Positions 25,617 through 38,887 are shown, counted from the stretch's first letter. The stretch: DNA of 64,000 nt from Utricularia gibba (GCA_002189035.1 NEEC01000002.1:4526001-4590000), one strand, 5' to 3'. The notes: generated from the sequence alone by a model not told the origin. Numbers and translations: made by a program.

Positions 25617-26240
25617 TGATGAGCCCCAGGAAGATAATGACTTGTATTTGAAGAATGATGAGGAGTTTGTTCAAGTGAACAAATTAGAAAGAAAGATGAT
25701 TCCACCAGGACCAATGACTAGGAGCAAGACAAAGATGGTTGAAGATACACTTAAGGGTCTACTCAATACCATTGGAATCAAACATGGGCTTGAAGACATC
25801 CCATCAAAAGAGCTCAACTACTTGAAGATGGACTTAACTTAGTCCAATTCTAGAGTCAAAATATTATTGGGCTTGTTAGACTTTTCTATTTCATTTAGTT
25901 TGGACTATGTAATGTTAGAGCCCAATTCTAGAGTATAAATACTCTAGAGATGTACTAATTCAGGATCTTTGGTCATTTTATGTATCTTGTGAGGATTCCC
26001 CTCTCCTTTGAGTGCTTGAACACTCTTAACTTATCAAACTTTGAGCTTGTGGCGTTCTAGGATTATCACTTCCAATCAATCTCTATTTTCTGAAGTGTGG
26101 CTCCTAATTTTCTTTGTTTCGAAGTCTGGTTGCAAGAGATTTATTCTCTTGAGGGTAGACTTGGGTGGGTTCTCTTCTAAGCTTCAAAATCACCTCTTTT
26201 TTGTGGGTTGCCAATCTCTATAGATTAGAGGGTCACATCA
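25617..26240 (+). repeat. CRM-B 5' LTR (624 bp)
   Basis: TGATGA...ACATCA; about a dozen substitutions (counted by eye) and a net 20-bp indel versus the 3' LTR. Confidence 0.95.
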
Positions 26241-26565
26241 TTTTGGTATCAGAGCTTTGGGTTCCTTATCCTTATTATTATCCAGTTCTTGTTTGAGTTC
26301 TTTCATTCCTGCCTATTCAAAAAAAAAAAAAAAAAAAAAATCGTTCAAGCCAAGTCCTTATTACTTTTGGCTTTAGTACAAAAAAAAAGGGAGGTTCACA
26401 GGAAGTTGATTGAAGAAGAGCTCGAAATTGAGTGTCAATTGAATAGCAAGAACACATTGAATATCATTTTCAAGTGTGCAAGAGGTCTTGTATGTGTTTC
26501 TTTGTTCTTTTTAGTTTAGTCTCTTTTCTTCCTTGCTGCTCGTTTTCTTTTGTCCAGTATTTAGG

Positions 26566-27552
26566 ATGTCAAATTCCAGAAGTGAGCATGAAAAGGATGA
26601 ATCACCGGATGGGAGGTTCACTTTGAAAGCTATGCAACAGGAGTTCACTAGATTGCATCGCATTCTGGAAAACATAAATGTCAGGCTTGATGAACACGAA
26701 AATTCTTTGCAAAATGTTGCAAGAGCACGAAGACAAGATAATTATGCTGCTGGAAGGGGTCGAGGTAGTCAATTGCATCAACGCATCAACACTGAACATG
26801 ACTTAAGTGATCAACGAAGTGCAAGGACTGTTGGAAGAAGAGATCGAACCCTGAATACTGATGAAGAAGATGACTACATTGAACATAGTGAAAATGATTT
26901 TGTGCATGGGGATACAAGAAGATTTCGAGATCAGGGAGGTAGAAGAGACGGAGGAAGAATTGGAAAGGATGTTAACAACATCAAGATGAAGATACCTCAA
27001 TTTCAAGGAAAGAATGATCCAGATGCATATCTCCAATGGGAAACAAGAGTAGAACATGTCTTTGATTGCAACACCTTTTCTGACGAAAAGAAAATCAGAT
27101 TGGCCTCCATGGAATTTAGTGAGTATGCTATCATTTGGTGGGATCAATTGGTGGCTAAAAGAAGGATTGACTCTGAAGAACCAATTCACACTTGGGTTGA
27201 GATGAAAAGAGTTATGAGGAGGCGGTTTGTTCCAAACCATTACCAAAGAGATGTTTATCAACGTTTGCAAAATCTCAAGCAGGGCTCAAGGCCAGTGGAG
27301 GAATATTGGCAGGAAATGGAGATTTTAATGATTAGAGCTCATGTTCAGGAAGATAGAGAAGCAACTACGGCTAGGTTTTTTCATGGGATGAATAAGGAGA
27401 TTGCAAATATTGTGGAGCTTCATCACTACATTGAGATGGAGGACATGATTCATATGGCCACAAAGGTTGAGAAACAACTATCTAGCAAGAGTTTCGCAAG
27501 AGATTTCAACAAGAGGACTTCTGGTTCGAAATTTGGGGCACCAATGAGATGA
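26566..27552 (+). CDS. CRM-B gag (retrotransposon gag domain)
   Basis: MSNSRSE...KMKIPQFQGKNDPDAYLQWE...WDQL...QGSRPVEEY; stops at 27552, out of frame with the downstream pol. Confidence 0.9.
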   Translation: MSNSRSEHEKDESPDGRFTLKAMQQEFTRLHRILENINVRLDEHENSLQNVARARRQDNYAAGRGRGSQLHQRINTEHDLSDQRSARTVGRRDRTLNTDEEDDYIEHSENDFVHGDTRRFRDQGGRRDGGRIGKDVNNIKMKIPQFQGKNDPDAYLQWETRVEHVFDCNTFSDEKKIRLASMEFSEYAIIWWDQLVAKRRIDSEEPIHTWVEMKRVMRRRFVPNHYQRDVYQRLQNLKQGSRPVEEYWQEMEILMIRAHVQEDREATTARFFHGMNKEIANIVELHHYIEMEDMIHMATKVEKQLSSKSFARDFNKRTSGSKFGAPMR

Positions 27553-30500
27553 TGGAGAGAAATAAAGGGAAGTCATCCATGGAACACTTCAAATTCGACA
27601 TCCAATCAAGTTCCAAGCAAGGGGAGCGAACAACACCTCCAAAGGGAACTACCAGAAACATAAAATGTTTCAAATGCTTGGTACTTGGACATATTGCTTC
27701 TGAATGCCCAAATAAACGAGCAATGGTGATTAGGGGCAATGGCGAAGTTGTTAGTGAAGATGATGATGATCTAGTGGAGACAGAAGCTGAAGTAAGTGAT
27801 GAGGATGAATTGCCTGTTTCTGGAGAAGTATTAGTCACTCGAAGGACGCTTAACATTGGGGTGAAGGATAATGATGAGCAAAGGGAGAACTTGTTTCAAA
27901 CCCGATGCTTTGTTAATAGGAAAGTTTGCAGCCTGATTATTGATGGAGGTAGTTGCACCAATGTTGCTAGCAACATCTTGGTGGAGAAATTGGGACTACC
28001 CACCGTGAGGCATCCTAAACCTTACAATCTGCAGTGGTTCAATGAAGGAAGTGAGGTAAAGGTTACCAAACAAGTGCTTGTGACGTTTTCCATAGGGAGA
28101 TATGAAGATGAAGTCCTATGTGATGTTGTTCCTATGCATGCAAGCCATATTCTTCTTGGGAGACCTTGGGAATATGATAGAAGAGCATTTCATGATGGTT
28201 TCAAGAACAAATATTCCTTCAATTATAATGGACGCTCCATCACACTTGCTCCATTATCTCCAAAGGAGGCACATGAAGATCAAGTCAGAATTCTGAGTGA
28301 TGCTAGAGGCCTTCATACTGATAATGGAAAGCACAAGGTGGTCGTTCGTAAGGGAGAAGAGATGAGTGAAGTGAAAATGAGTGAAAAAAAAATGCGAAAA
28401 AGTGGAGAAAAAAGAAGAGATGGCAAGGAATTGAGTGGAAAAAAGGATGAAAATGAGCACAAAACAGAGAGTGAAAACATGAGAGTTTTAGGAATTGAGA
28501 GAAAGAATGAGAGTCTATTAGCAAGGCCAAGTGAGATTAGACACTTACTTCATGCTAGGCAACCATTCATTCTACTCATGTATAAGGATGAAGTTCCTAC
28601 TTCACCTAACCATGCTTCATCCATTCCATCTTGTGTTGTGTCTCTCTTACAGGTATATGAAGATGTTTTTCCAGAAGAACTTCAATGCTTACCTCCCCTT
28701 AGAGGGATTGAGCATCAAATTGACCTTGTCCCTGGAGCACAACTCCCAAACCGACCAGCATACCGAGCCAATCCAGAGGAGACGAAGGAAATACAAAAAC
28801 AAGTTGAGGAATTGGTGTCTAAAGGATTTGTGCGTGAGAGCATGAGTCCTTGCTCGGTGCCGGTGTTATTGGTTCCAAAGTCTGATGGAACTTGGCGGAT
28901 GTGCACTGATTGTCGCGCCATCAACAACAAATCACAATCAAGTATAGACATCCTATCCCTAGACTTGAAGATATGCTTGATGAATTGCATGGTGCTTGTG
29001 TTTTTAGTAAGATTGATTTGAGAAGTGGATATCATCAGATTAGAATGAAGGAAGGTGATGAGTGGAAAACTGCTTTTAAAACTAAGTTTGGTTTGTATGA
29101 GTGGGTTGTTATGCCTTTTGGGTTAACCAATGCTCCTAGCAACTTTATGAGATTGATGAATCACGTTCTTAGGCCTTTTATAGGTAGATTTGTTGTTGTT
29201 TATTTTGATGATATTCTGATCTATAGTAAAAGTATTGAGGAACATGTAGGGCATTTGAAAGATGTGTTATATACTCTTAGAAAAGAGAAGTTGTTTGCTA
29301 ATATCAAAAAGTGTGTCTTTTGCACAAATAGTGTCTCTTTTCTTGGATATGTTGTAAGTAATGCAGGAGTAGCTGTGGATGAAGAGAAAGTAAGAGCAAT
29401 CAAAGAATGGCCAACACCTACATCAGTGGGTGAAGTTAGGAGTTTTCATGGTTTAGCAAGTTTCTATAGACGGTTTGTTAGGGACTTCAGTTCTATAGCA
29501 GCACCCCTCACCCAATTGATCAAGAAAAATCATGCATTTCATTGGGGAGATGAGCAGGAACATGCTTTCAAACAACTCAAGAATAAGCTTTGCTCAACAC
29601 CTCTCCTAGCACTTCCAAATTTTTCTGATACTTTTGAAATTGAATGTGATGCATCAGGTTTAGGGATTGGTGCTGTGTTGATGCAAAAGGGACGTCCACT
29701 TGCTTATTTTAGTGAGAAGCTTCATGGTGCCACCCTCAACTATCCAACATATGACAAAGAGTTGTATGCGTTGGTTAGAGCTTTGGAGACATGGCAGCAC
29801 TACTTATGGCCTAAGGAGTTCGTGATACACACTGATCATGAGTCTCTCAAACATTTGAAGGCTCAAGTAAAGCTGAATAGAAGACATGCTAAGTGGGTGG
29901 AATTCATTGACACATTCCCATATGTGATCAAATACAGGAAAGGTAAGGAGAATGTGGTTGCTGATGCTTTATCTCGAAGGTACACTCTCTTAGCCAATCT
30001 TGATGCAAGAATTCTTGGATTTGCTTCCATCATTGACTTATATGTTCATGATCACGATTTTGGGGATATTTATAAGGCATGTGAACTTGCTACATCTGGG
30101 CTATTCTTCAGGAAAGATGGTTTTCTTTATAGGAAAGATAGACTGTGCATTCCTTCTTGCTCCATACGTGATTTGATTGTTAGAGAAGCTCATGGTAGGG
30201 GACTAATGGGACATTTTGGTGTTAAAAAGACTCTTGATACTCTTACCCAACATTTCTTTTGGCCACACATGAGAAGGGATGTTGAAGGAATTTGTTCTAG
30301 ATGTATCTCTTGTAGGAAGGCTAAATCAACCACTGCCCCTAATGGTTTGTATACTCCACTCCCTACTCCTTCCCAACCATGGGTGGACATTTCTATGGAC
30401 TTTGTTTTAGGCTTACCTCGTACCCAAAGGGGTAGAGATTCAATTTTCGTTGTTGTGGACAGGTTTTCAAAGATGGCACACTTTATTCCCTGCCATAAAA

Positions 30501-31306
30501 CTGATGATGCATCTCATGTGGCTGATCTCTTCTTTAGGGAAGTTGTTAGACTTCATGGTATGCCCCTAACTATTGTCTCTGATCGAGATGCAAGGTTTCT
30601 TAGTCACTTTTGGAGAGTTCTTTGGAGTAAACTTGGCACTAAGCTGTTATACTCAACAACATGTCACCCTCAAACCGATGGGCAAACTGAGGTAACTAAT
30701 CGCACACTTTCTACCTTACTTAGGATTATGATTAAATCAAATCTTAAGACTTGGGAGGAATGTTTGCCACTTGTTGAGTTTGCTTACAATAGAACCATGC
30801 ATCTGACTACTAAATTATCTCCATTTGAAGTCGTTTATGGTTTTAATCCTCTTACACCTTTGGATATGTTACCTTTGCCTTGTGATGAGAAAGTTAGTTT
30901 AGATGGCAAGAAGAGAGCTGATGCAATCAGAAGATTGCATGAAAAGGTGAAACAACAGATTGAATGCAACAATGCAAAGTATGCATCAGCAGCAAACAAG
31001 GGGAGACGCAAAGTTGTATTTGAACCTGGAGATTGGGTTTGGCTTCATCATAGGAAGGAGAGATTTCCCACAAAGAGAAAGTCCAAACTTCTACCTCGTG
31101 GAGATGGCCCTTTCCAAGTTGTTGAGCGCGTTAATGATAATGCGTACAAGCTAGATTTACCAGGTGAGTATTCTGTTCATTCAACTTTCAATGTTGCTGA
31201 TTTGTCTCTTTTCGACATGGATACAGATTCAGGGACGAATCTTCCTAAAGAAAGGGGGGATGATGAGCCCCAGGAATATAATGAAGTGTATTTGAAGAAT
31301 GATTAG
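27549..31306 (+). pseudogene. CRM-B zinc knuckle-protease-RT-RNase H-integrase, with a 2-bp insertion at ~28929
   Basis: [64 protein letters not shown] and GDGPFQV motifs. Confidence 0.93.
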
Positions 31307-31864
31307 GAGTTTGTTCAAGTCAACAAATTAGAAAGAAAGATGATTCCACCAGGACCAATGACTAGGAGCAAGACAAAGATGGTTGAAGATACGCTTAAGG
31401 GTCTACTCAATACCATTGGAATCAAACATGGGCTTGAAGACATCCCATCAAAAGAGCTCAACTACTTGAATATGGACTTAACTTAGAGCATTGGGCTTGT
31501 TAGACTTTTCTATTTCATTTAGTTTGGACTATGTAATGTTAGAGCCCAATTCTAGAGTATAAATACTCTAGAGATGTACTAATTCAGGATCTTTGGTCAT
31601 TTTATGTATCTTGTGAGGATTCCCCTCTCCTTTGAGTGCTTGAACACTCTTAACTTATCAAGTTTTGAGCTTGTGGCGTTCTAGGATTATCACTTCCAAT
31701 CAATCTCTCTTTTCTGAAGTGTGGCTCCTAATTTTCTTTGTTTCGAAGTCTGGTTGCAAGAGATTTATTCTCTTGAGGGTAGACTTGGGTGGGTTCTCTT
31801 CTAAGCTTCAAAATCACCTCTTTTTTGTGGGTTGCTAATCTCTATAGATTAGAGGGTCACATCA
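31261..31864 (+). repeat. CRM-B 3' LTR (604 bp)
   Basis: Follows the PPT and is followed by TSD CTTTC at 31865-31869. Confidence 0.95.
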
Positions 31865-31920
31865 CTTTCTTTCATTGTTCTCTTTCCTTCCTTTTGTCTA
31901 CACTTTTATCTTTTAGTAGG

Positions 31921-34900
31921 ATGTCGAGCTCTAACAACTCTGTAGAAGAATCAGGTGCTATGGGTGTTCGTTTTGTACTTAATGTAATGCAAGGTGAGTT
32001 CAGGAGACTGTAAAGATGCATGGAGCAAATCCACATCAAACTAGAGGAACTTGATGAATCTCTAAAGAACATCAAAAAGCAAGAAGAGGACAGTGTCTCC
32101 CATGGAAGAACAAGAGTTCCAACACACCATAGCAGAAGGAATTCTCAACTAGAAAAAGATTCAAAATTTGAGGCTGAAGAGGCAAGGCATGGTGAACAAA
32201 GGAGAAACAATAACAATATCCGTGATGAGTATGATTCATCTGATGGTGAAATTGGAGGCGAAATCGTGATGTAAGATATACTGAAAGACCAAGGGTTAGA
32301 CACACACATGAATACAAGGAATTCGATAACATCAAGATGAAAATCCCTTCTTTTCAAGGGAAAAACGATTCAAATGCCTACTTGGAATGGGAGGCTCATG
32401 TGGAGCACGTGTTTGATTGCCACAACTATTCTGAAGTCAAGAAGATCAAGCTTGCTATTGTTGAGTTTACAGTTTATGCCATAACTTGGTGGGATAATGT
32501 AGTACTCAAAAGAAGACGAAATGATGAAGAACCAATTCGCACTTGGGCTGAAATGAAGAGGATCATGAGAAAAAGGTTCATTCCCAGTCACTACCAAAGA
32601 GATCAACACCAAAACTTGCAGAAGCTAACTCAAGGGAGCAAAACCGTGGAAGAATATTGGCAAGAAATGGAAGTGTTAATGATTCGAGCCAATATAACAA
32701 AGGATAGGGAAGCTACAATGGCAAGATTCCTCTATGGTTTAAACAAGTAAATCTCTCAAGTGGTCAAGCTGCAACACTATGTAGAATATTGAATATATGT
32801 TGCACGTTGCCATCAAGATTGAGAAGCAACTAAAGTCTAAGGGACAACAAAGAGACCATCCAAAACCTTCTACCTCGTGGAATGCTGCTGGAAGTAAGGA
32901 GAAGAAACCAAATTATTCTTCATTTGGGAAATCAACCAAGTTTGGACCGATGAAAGAGGGCACTCCAGATACTTGAAACCAGGAAAGAGGATTTAAGTCT
33001 TTTGGGAAAACACGAAATATCAAGTGTTTCAAATGTCTTGGCCATGGCCATATTGCTTCAGAATGCCCAAACAAGAGGACCATGATTCTAAGGGATTCTG
33101 GAGATGTTGAATCTGGAGTTGAGTGTGAAAGTGGAAGTGAAGTACATGAATTAGATTATGAGGAACAACAACCTGTCATTGGTGAAACTTAGGTAACAAG
33201 AAGGACTTTAGCCTTGGGTGCTAAGCCAATGGAGGAGCAATGCGAAAACTTATTCCATACACGTTGCTTTGTGCATGGGAAGGTATGCAGCCTAATAATT
33301 GATGGAGGCAGTTGCACAAATGTTTCTAGTACTCTCATGGTGGATAAACTCCAACTTCCTACTCTCAAACATCCAAATCCCTACAGGCTTCAATGGTTGA
33401 ACGAAGGAAGTGAAGTAAAGGTCAATAAACAAGTTCTTGTTGCTTTCCAAATTGGAAAGTATCAGGACGAGGTTCTTTGTGATTTAGTACCCATGCATGC
33501 TGGACACATACTCTTGGGAAGGCCGTGGCAATACGATAGGAAGGTGATCCATGATGGCTATACTAACAAGTATTCCGTTTCTATGAAAGGAAAACCTATC
33601 ACATTGGTGCCTTTATCTCCAAAAGAGGCACACAAGGATCAACTTAAGATTGCTGCTGCTATTAAATCCTTTGGTGAGTTGAGGGATGAGAGCTTGGGAG
33701 AGAAAAAGAGATATCACGAGAAAGGAAAAGAATATTTAAAAAAGAGAGTGAAAAGAAAGACGTGAATGAAGAAGTTGTGAGAAAAAAGAAATGGAGTGCC
33801 TTGTTGCAAGAATGAGTGATGTGAAAAGAGTGTTACATGCAAGAAATCCCTTTCTTTTGGTCTTGTTTAAAGAGCCTTTGTTGAATCTGGAGTTGAGTGT
33901 GAAAGTGGAAGTGAAGTACATGAATTAGATTATGAGGAACAACAACCTGTCATTGGGCACTTCCACCATCAGGGGGTTCCGTCTCCTCTGTGGCTGTCGA
34001 ATGGGCTTTGTCCCATCCTCTATGTAAATCCTATGAGTGCAAATAGAAGGGCTGATTCCCTTGATGTTAGCTAAGGTCCAACAAATTGCTTGTTTGTGCT
34101 CTTGAAGCACAGCCTTAAGCTTCTCCTTCTGTTCCAAGATTAGTGAATTAGAGACAATAACAGGTAGGGTCTCATCATCACCAAGAAACAAATATTTCAA
34201 ATTTTCGGGCAAAGTCTTTAACTCTAATGATGGTGCTCGAACAACGGAAGGCACTAGCGGCTCGCTAGGTGTTTCCAAGCTAGAAAAGAAACATCCTGCA
34301 CGTGAGGTTCATTAGGTGGATCATTTGAATGATTAAAGACTTAAAGCTCAGCAAGAGAAAAGTCTTCATATTGAGAAATCTCCGTGTCTAAATCAGATTC
34401 GGGCCCTTGTTCATGGATCATCGCATAGTGATCAGTTTCAGTTTCGCATGTGGAGATCGCATGTATCTCATTGATCTGATCAGGATGCTTCATGGCTTTG
34501 TCAAGACTGAAGTCTAGCACCTATCCATCAAACTGAAAACTGATGGTGCCTTCTTGTACATCAATCTTTGTACCTGCACTAGCCATGAATGGTCGTCCTA
34601 AAATAATGGACTCCAAAAACTTAGGATTATCACTTTCCATGGGAATAACCAAAAAGTATGTTGGAAAAACTAAATCTTTAACATGAACAAAAACATATTC
34701 TATTCTACCATCTGGTGTAACTTGTGATCTATCTGCTAATTGGCATACAACATTCGTCGGTTCAAGTGGAAGAATTGCCTAGATTACTACCATATCGAGG
34801 AATAGAACATCAAATTGACTTTGTTCCTGGTGCTCAGATCCCAAACCGAGCTGCTTTTAGGGCCAATCCCGAAGAAACAAAAGAGAACCAACGCCAAGTG

Positions 34901-37349
34901 GAAGAACTCATGGCTAAGGGGTTGGTGAGGGAAAGTGTGAGTCCATGCTCAGTTCCAGTATTATTGGTGCCAAAACATGATGGAACATGGAGAATGTGCA
35001 CTGATTGTCGAGCCATCAACCAAATAACGATTAAGTACAATCATCCTATACCTAGGCTTGATGATATGTTAAATGAATTACATGGACCATCCATTTTCTC
35101 TGCGTAGTGGATATCATCAAATTAGGAAGAGAAAGGGGATGAATGGAAAGTTGCTTTCAAAACTAAGTTGGTTTATATGAATGGTTGGTTATGCCTTTTG
35201 GATTGACTAATGCACCTAGTACTTTCATGAGGTTAATGAATCATGTATTGCGTCCCTTTCTTGGTAGATTTGTTGTTGTTTACTTTGATGATATTCTTGT
35301 GTATAGTAAGACACTGGATGAACATAGATGTCATTTATGTGAGGTGTTGTTCGTCTTGAGAAAAGAGTATTTGTATGCTAATATCAAAAAGTGCGACTTT
35401 TTCACAAACAAAATCTCTTTTCTTGGCTATATTGTAAGTGATGCAGGAATTTTAGTAGATGAAGAAAAGGTGAAAGCAATTAAAGAATGGCCAACTCCTA
35501 CCACAGTTGGAGAAGTGCGCAATTTCCATGGATTCGCTAGCTTCTACCGTCGTTTTGTCATGGATTTCAGCACAATTGCTGCACCTTTGAACGAGGTTGT
35601 GAAGAACAATGTTCAATTTTGATGGAGAGAATCACAAGAACATGCTTTCAAGACACTTAAGGATAAGCTTAGCTCAGCGCCTTTACTTGCATTACCTGAT
35701 TTCTCTAACACGTTTGAAATTTAATGTGATGCTTCTGGAGTTGGAATAGGTGTTTTTCTCATGCAAGGAGGTCGACCTATTGCCTATTTCAGTGAAACGT
35801 TGGGTGGAGCTACACTCAATTAGCCAACTTATGATAAGAAGTTGTAATCACTGGTAAGAGCACTTGAAACTTGGAAACATTATTTTTGGCACAAAGAGTT
35901 TGTTATCCATACAAACCACGAAAGTTTGAATCATGTCAAGAGTCAAAAAAATCTCAATAGAAGACATGCAAGATGGGTGGAGTTTATTGATATCTTTCCT
36001 TATGTTATCAAATACAAGAAAGGTAAGGAGAACATTGTTGCAGATTTATTGTCACGAAGGTACAAACTTTTAACTACTCTTGATGCTCAAATTCTTGGAT
36101 TGTCAACAATAAAAGAATTTTACAGTCTTGATGATGATTTTAAAGATATTTATCTTTCATGCGAACATAAACCTCTTGAAAACTTCCATAGGCAAGATGA
36201 TTTTCTTTTCAAAAAGAATAGATTATGTATTCCTCAATGTTCAATTCGTGAGTTTTTAGTCAAAGAGGCTCATGGTGGTGGTCTAATGGGGCATTTTGGG
36301 GTCACCAAGACGATGGAAATGCTTCAACAACACTTCTATTGGCCACACATGAGAAAAGATGTGGAAAGAATCTATGGAAGATATTTGGTGTGCAAGAAAG
36401 CTAAATCAAAATCAACTTCTCAAGGACTGTACACTCCTCTTCCTACTCCTCTTTACCCTTGGATTGACCTTTCTATGGGTTTTGTTTTAGGATTACCAAG
36501 GACTCAAAAGGGAAAGGATTCAATATTTGTAGTCGTGGACAGGTTCTCCAAGATGACACATTTCATTCTTTGTCACAAGGCTGATAATGCTTTCATATTG
36601 GAGATTTATTCTTTAGGGAAATTGTTAGGCTTCATGGTATGCCACTTACCATTGTAAGTGATCGTGACACAAAGTTTCTCAGCCACTTTTGACGCACACT
36701 TTGGGGTAACTTGGGAACAAAGCTTCTTTTCTCTACCACTTGTCATCCTCAAACTGATGGACAAACGAAGGTAACAAATCGAACCCTAGCTACCCTACTT
36801 CGTGCCATCATCAAAAAGAACATTAGCACATGGAAAGATTGCTTACCTCATTTTGAGTTTGCATACAATAGAGTAGTACACTCTTCTACTCGTTGTTCTC
36901 CTTTCGAAATTGTGTATGGTTTTAATTCTCGTGCTCCTATAGACTTGTTGCCCATGCCATCTAATGAATTTCGTAGTTTTGATGGTGCTAGGAGAGCAGA
37001 TGCCATCAGAACACTACATGAGAAGGTTCAAAATCAACTGGAAGCCAAAAACAAGGAGTATGCAGCTAAAGCGAATAAACATAGGAAGAAAGTTACTCTA
37101 CAACCAGGAGATTGGGTTTGGGTACATTTTCGAAAGGAAAGATTTCCAAGCAAGAGACATTCAAAGCTTTCACCTAGAGGAGATGGACCCTTTCAAGTCA
37201 TTGAGAAAATCAATGATAATGCTTATAAGATTGATCTTCCAGGTGAGTTTTCAGTGCACTCCACGTTCAATATTGCTGACTTGGTTCCTTGTGATGTAGA
37301 TGGTGAAGATTCAAGGATGAATCTGCTAAAAGAAGGGGGGGGGGGATGA
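31921..37349 (+). pseudogene. CRM-A gag-pol, multiply disrupted
   Basis: Fragments: KIPSFQGKND (gag), CFKCLGHGHIASEC knuckle, LIIDGGSC protease, [13 protein letters not shown], and HPQTDGQT / GDGPFQV integrase. Many stops and frameshifts. Confidence 0.9.
33957..34750 (-). mobile_element. Inverted Athila-like pol fragment (protease-RT linker) embedded in CRM-A
   Basis: Minus strand reads CQLADRS...ELKTLPENLKYLFL...IKGISPSICTHRIY...PIRQPQRR.NP, colinear with but different from 52230-53010. Confidence 0.85.
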
Positions 37350-37916
37350 TGAGATCATCGATGCTATAAATTATCTCAATGAAGATAAAGGACACAATAT
37401 CAATAATACTCCATTGATTTCAGTTGGGCCAATCACTAGATCAAGAGCAAAAAGGAATCAAGAAGTGCTTAAGAGCTTATGGGCCAATCAACTAAGCTAT
37501 GAGGTGTTTGGCATGGAAATTCAACATTCTCAAAGTGGATCAACTTGATTAGAGAAGTCTCATTATTACCAAATACATTATTATTACTACTTTTCCTCCA
37601 ATAAGTCCCAATCCTTCATCTATATAAGAAGGTCTTACTCTTTTTTTGGACAACTTTGATTGTAATCACTTTTGAGAGCTATTCTTCTTCCTTGAGTTCT
37701 TGTAGAACTTAAACTTATCAAGCCTCGCTTGTGGTGTCTAGTGTGTGGTTTATCACTTCCAATTCCTTCCTTGATTCTGTGAGTGTGGTACCATTTCATA
37801 GTTTGGGTTGCAAGGATCTTTCCATACTTGAGGGCCAACTTCTTTTTCTTGTGGGATTGCTTCTTTTCAACCAAGATTTGGTTTGCCAATCACTTGTTGA
37901 TTGGAGGGTCGTATCA
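37347..37916 (+). repeat. CRM-A 3' LTR
   Basis: Preceded by PPT AAAAGAAGGGGGGGGGGGA; encodes DDEIIDA...GPITRSRAKRNQE. Confidence 0.92.
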
Positions 37917-38860
37917 TTCATGGATGGAAAGTGCATCACATGGATGTGAAGACTGCTTTTTTGAATAGTGTGTTGGAGGAGGTTGTTTTTATTGAACAAC
38001 CAAAGGGCTTTGAAGTGTCAGGTCATGAAGACAAAGTATTGAAGCTAAAGAAATCTCTCTATGAGTTGAAGCAAGCTCCTAGAGCATAGAATGAACGCAT
38101 GGATAACTTTCTCCAAGGTGTTGGTTTCATGAAAATATACAGTGATTACTCACAATATGTTAAAGGAAAGGGAGATGAACGTTTATTTGTTAGCCTATAT
38201 GTGGATGATCTTATGATTACTCCAGTGATGAAAGTAAGATTGAAGAATTCAAACCTCTACTCAAAAATGAATTCAAGATGACTGACCTTTGAATGATGTC
38301 TTACTACCTAGGCATGGAAATTCATCAACTTGCAGGTGTTGGAACATTCATGTCTCAGAAGAAGTATTGTAATGAACTTCTTGAAAGGTTCGGGTTCAAA
38401 GATATCAATCCTTCAAAAACCCCCTTGTATTACAAACAGGTCATTGGAGAAAAATAAGAGCCCTATAGTCTGGTTTTCAAAGAAACAAAAGGTGGTAGCC
38501 CAATCAACAGCTGAAGCAGAATACATCTCAGCAGCATGCACTTTGAACTACTGTGTTTGGTTGAGACAGATATTAAACGAACTTGAATTCACACAAAAGA
38601 AAGCTACAAATCTTCTTATGGATAATCGAGATGCAATCTCCATTGCCAAGGATCCAATAGACTTCAGCAAAGCCAAACACATAACAATAAGGTATCATGT
38701 CATAAATAATTACATCAAGGAAAAGAAGATCAACGCGCAGTATGTTGAGAGTGGGAATCAGCTTGCTGATGGGCTTACCAAAGGTTTGAACAGAGTTCAA
38801 TTTGAGCTAGCAAGGAAGAACATGAATCTCATGACTATGGAAGACTTTCCCAATTTGGGA
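37917..38860 (+). pseudogene. copia-2 RT C-terminal part and RNase H, with an internal deletion
   Basis: HMDVKTAFLN, LKKSLYELKQAPRA and SLYVDDL motifs. The frame then jumps from late RT directly to SPIVWFSKKQ at ~38455. Confidence 0.85.
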
Positions 38861-38887
38861 GATCTCGGTTTGGGGGGGGGGGGGGAG

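Larger units (their letters stand above)
25617..31864 (+). mobile_element. CRM-clade Ty3/gypsy element CRM-B, full length, inserted in the CRM-A 5' UTR
   Basis: LTRs 25617-26240 and 31261-31864, PBS TGGTATCAGAGC at 26244-26255, PPT at 31247-31260, perfect TSD CTTTC. CR motif PGPMTRSKTK lies in the LTR. Confidence 0.96.
24397..37916 (+). mobile_element. CRM-clade (centromeric) Ty3/gypsy element CRM-A, decayed, containing CRM-B
   Basis: LTRs 24397-24965 and 37347-37916 (TGATGA...TATCA), PBS TGGTATCAGAGCC at 24968, PPT before 37347, TSD CTCAT/TTCAT. Domain order gag-PR-RT-RH-INT. GPITRSRAKR CR motif is encoded inside the LTR. Confidence 0.92.

Noticed and set aside
27535-27552. Programmed ribosomal frameshift or stop-restart (ATGA overlap) between CRM-B gag and pol
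   Set aside because: No in-frame X-XXY-YYZ slippery heptamer; CRM gag-pol is normally one ORF; one extra G restores it. Sharing between the two copies is explained by the duplication.
25617-31864. Apparent transversion excess between the CRM-B LTRs
   Set aside because: Only about a dozen differences counted by eye; too few to support a claim.
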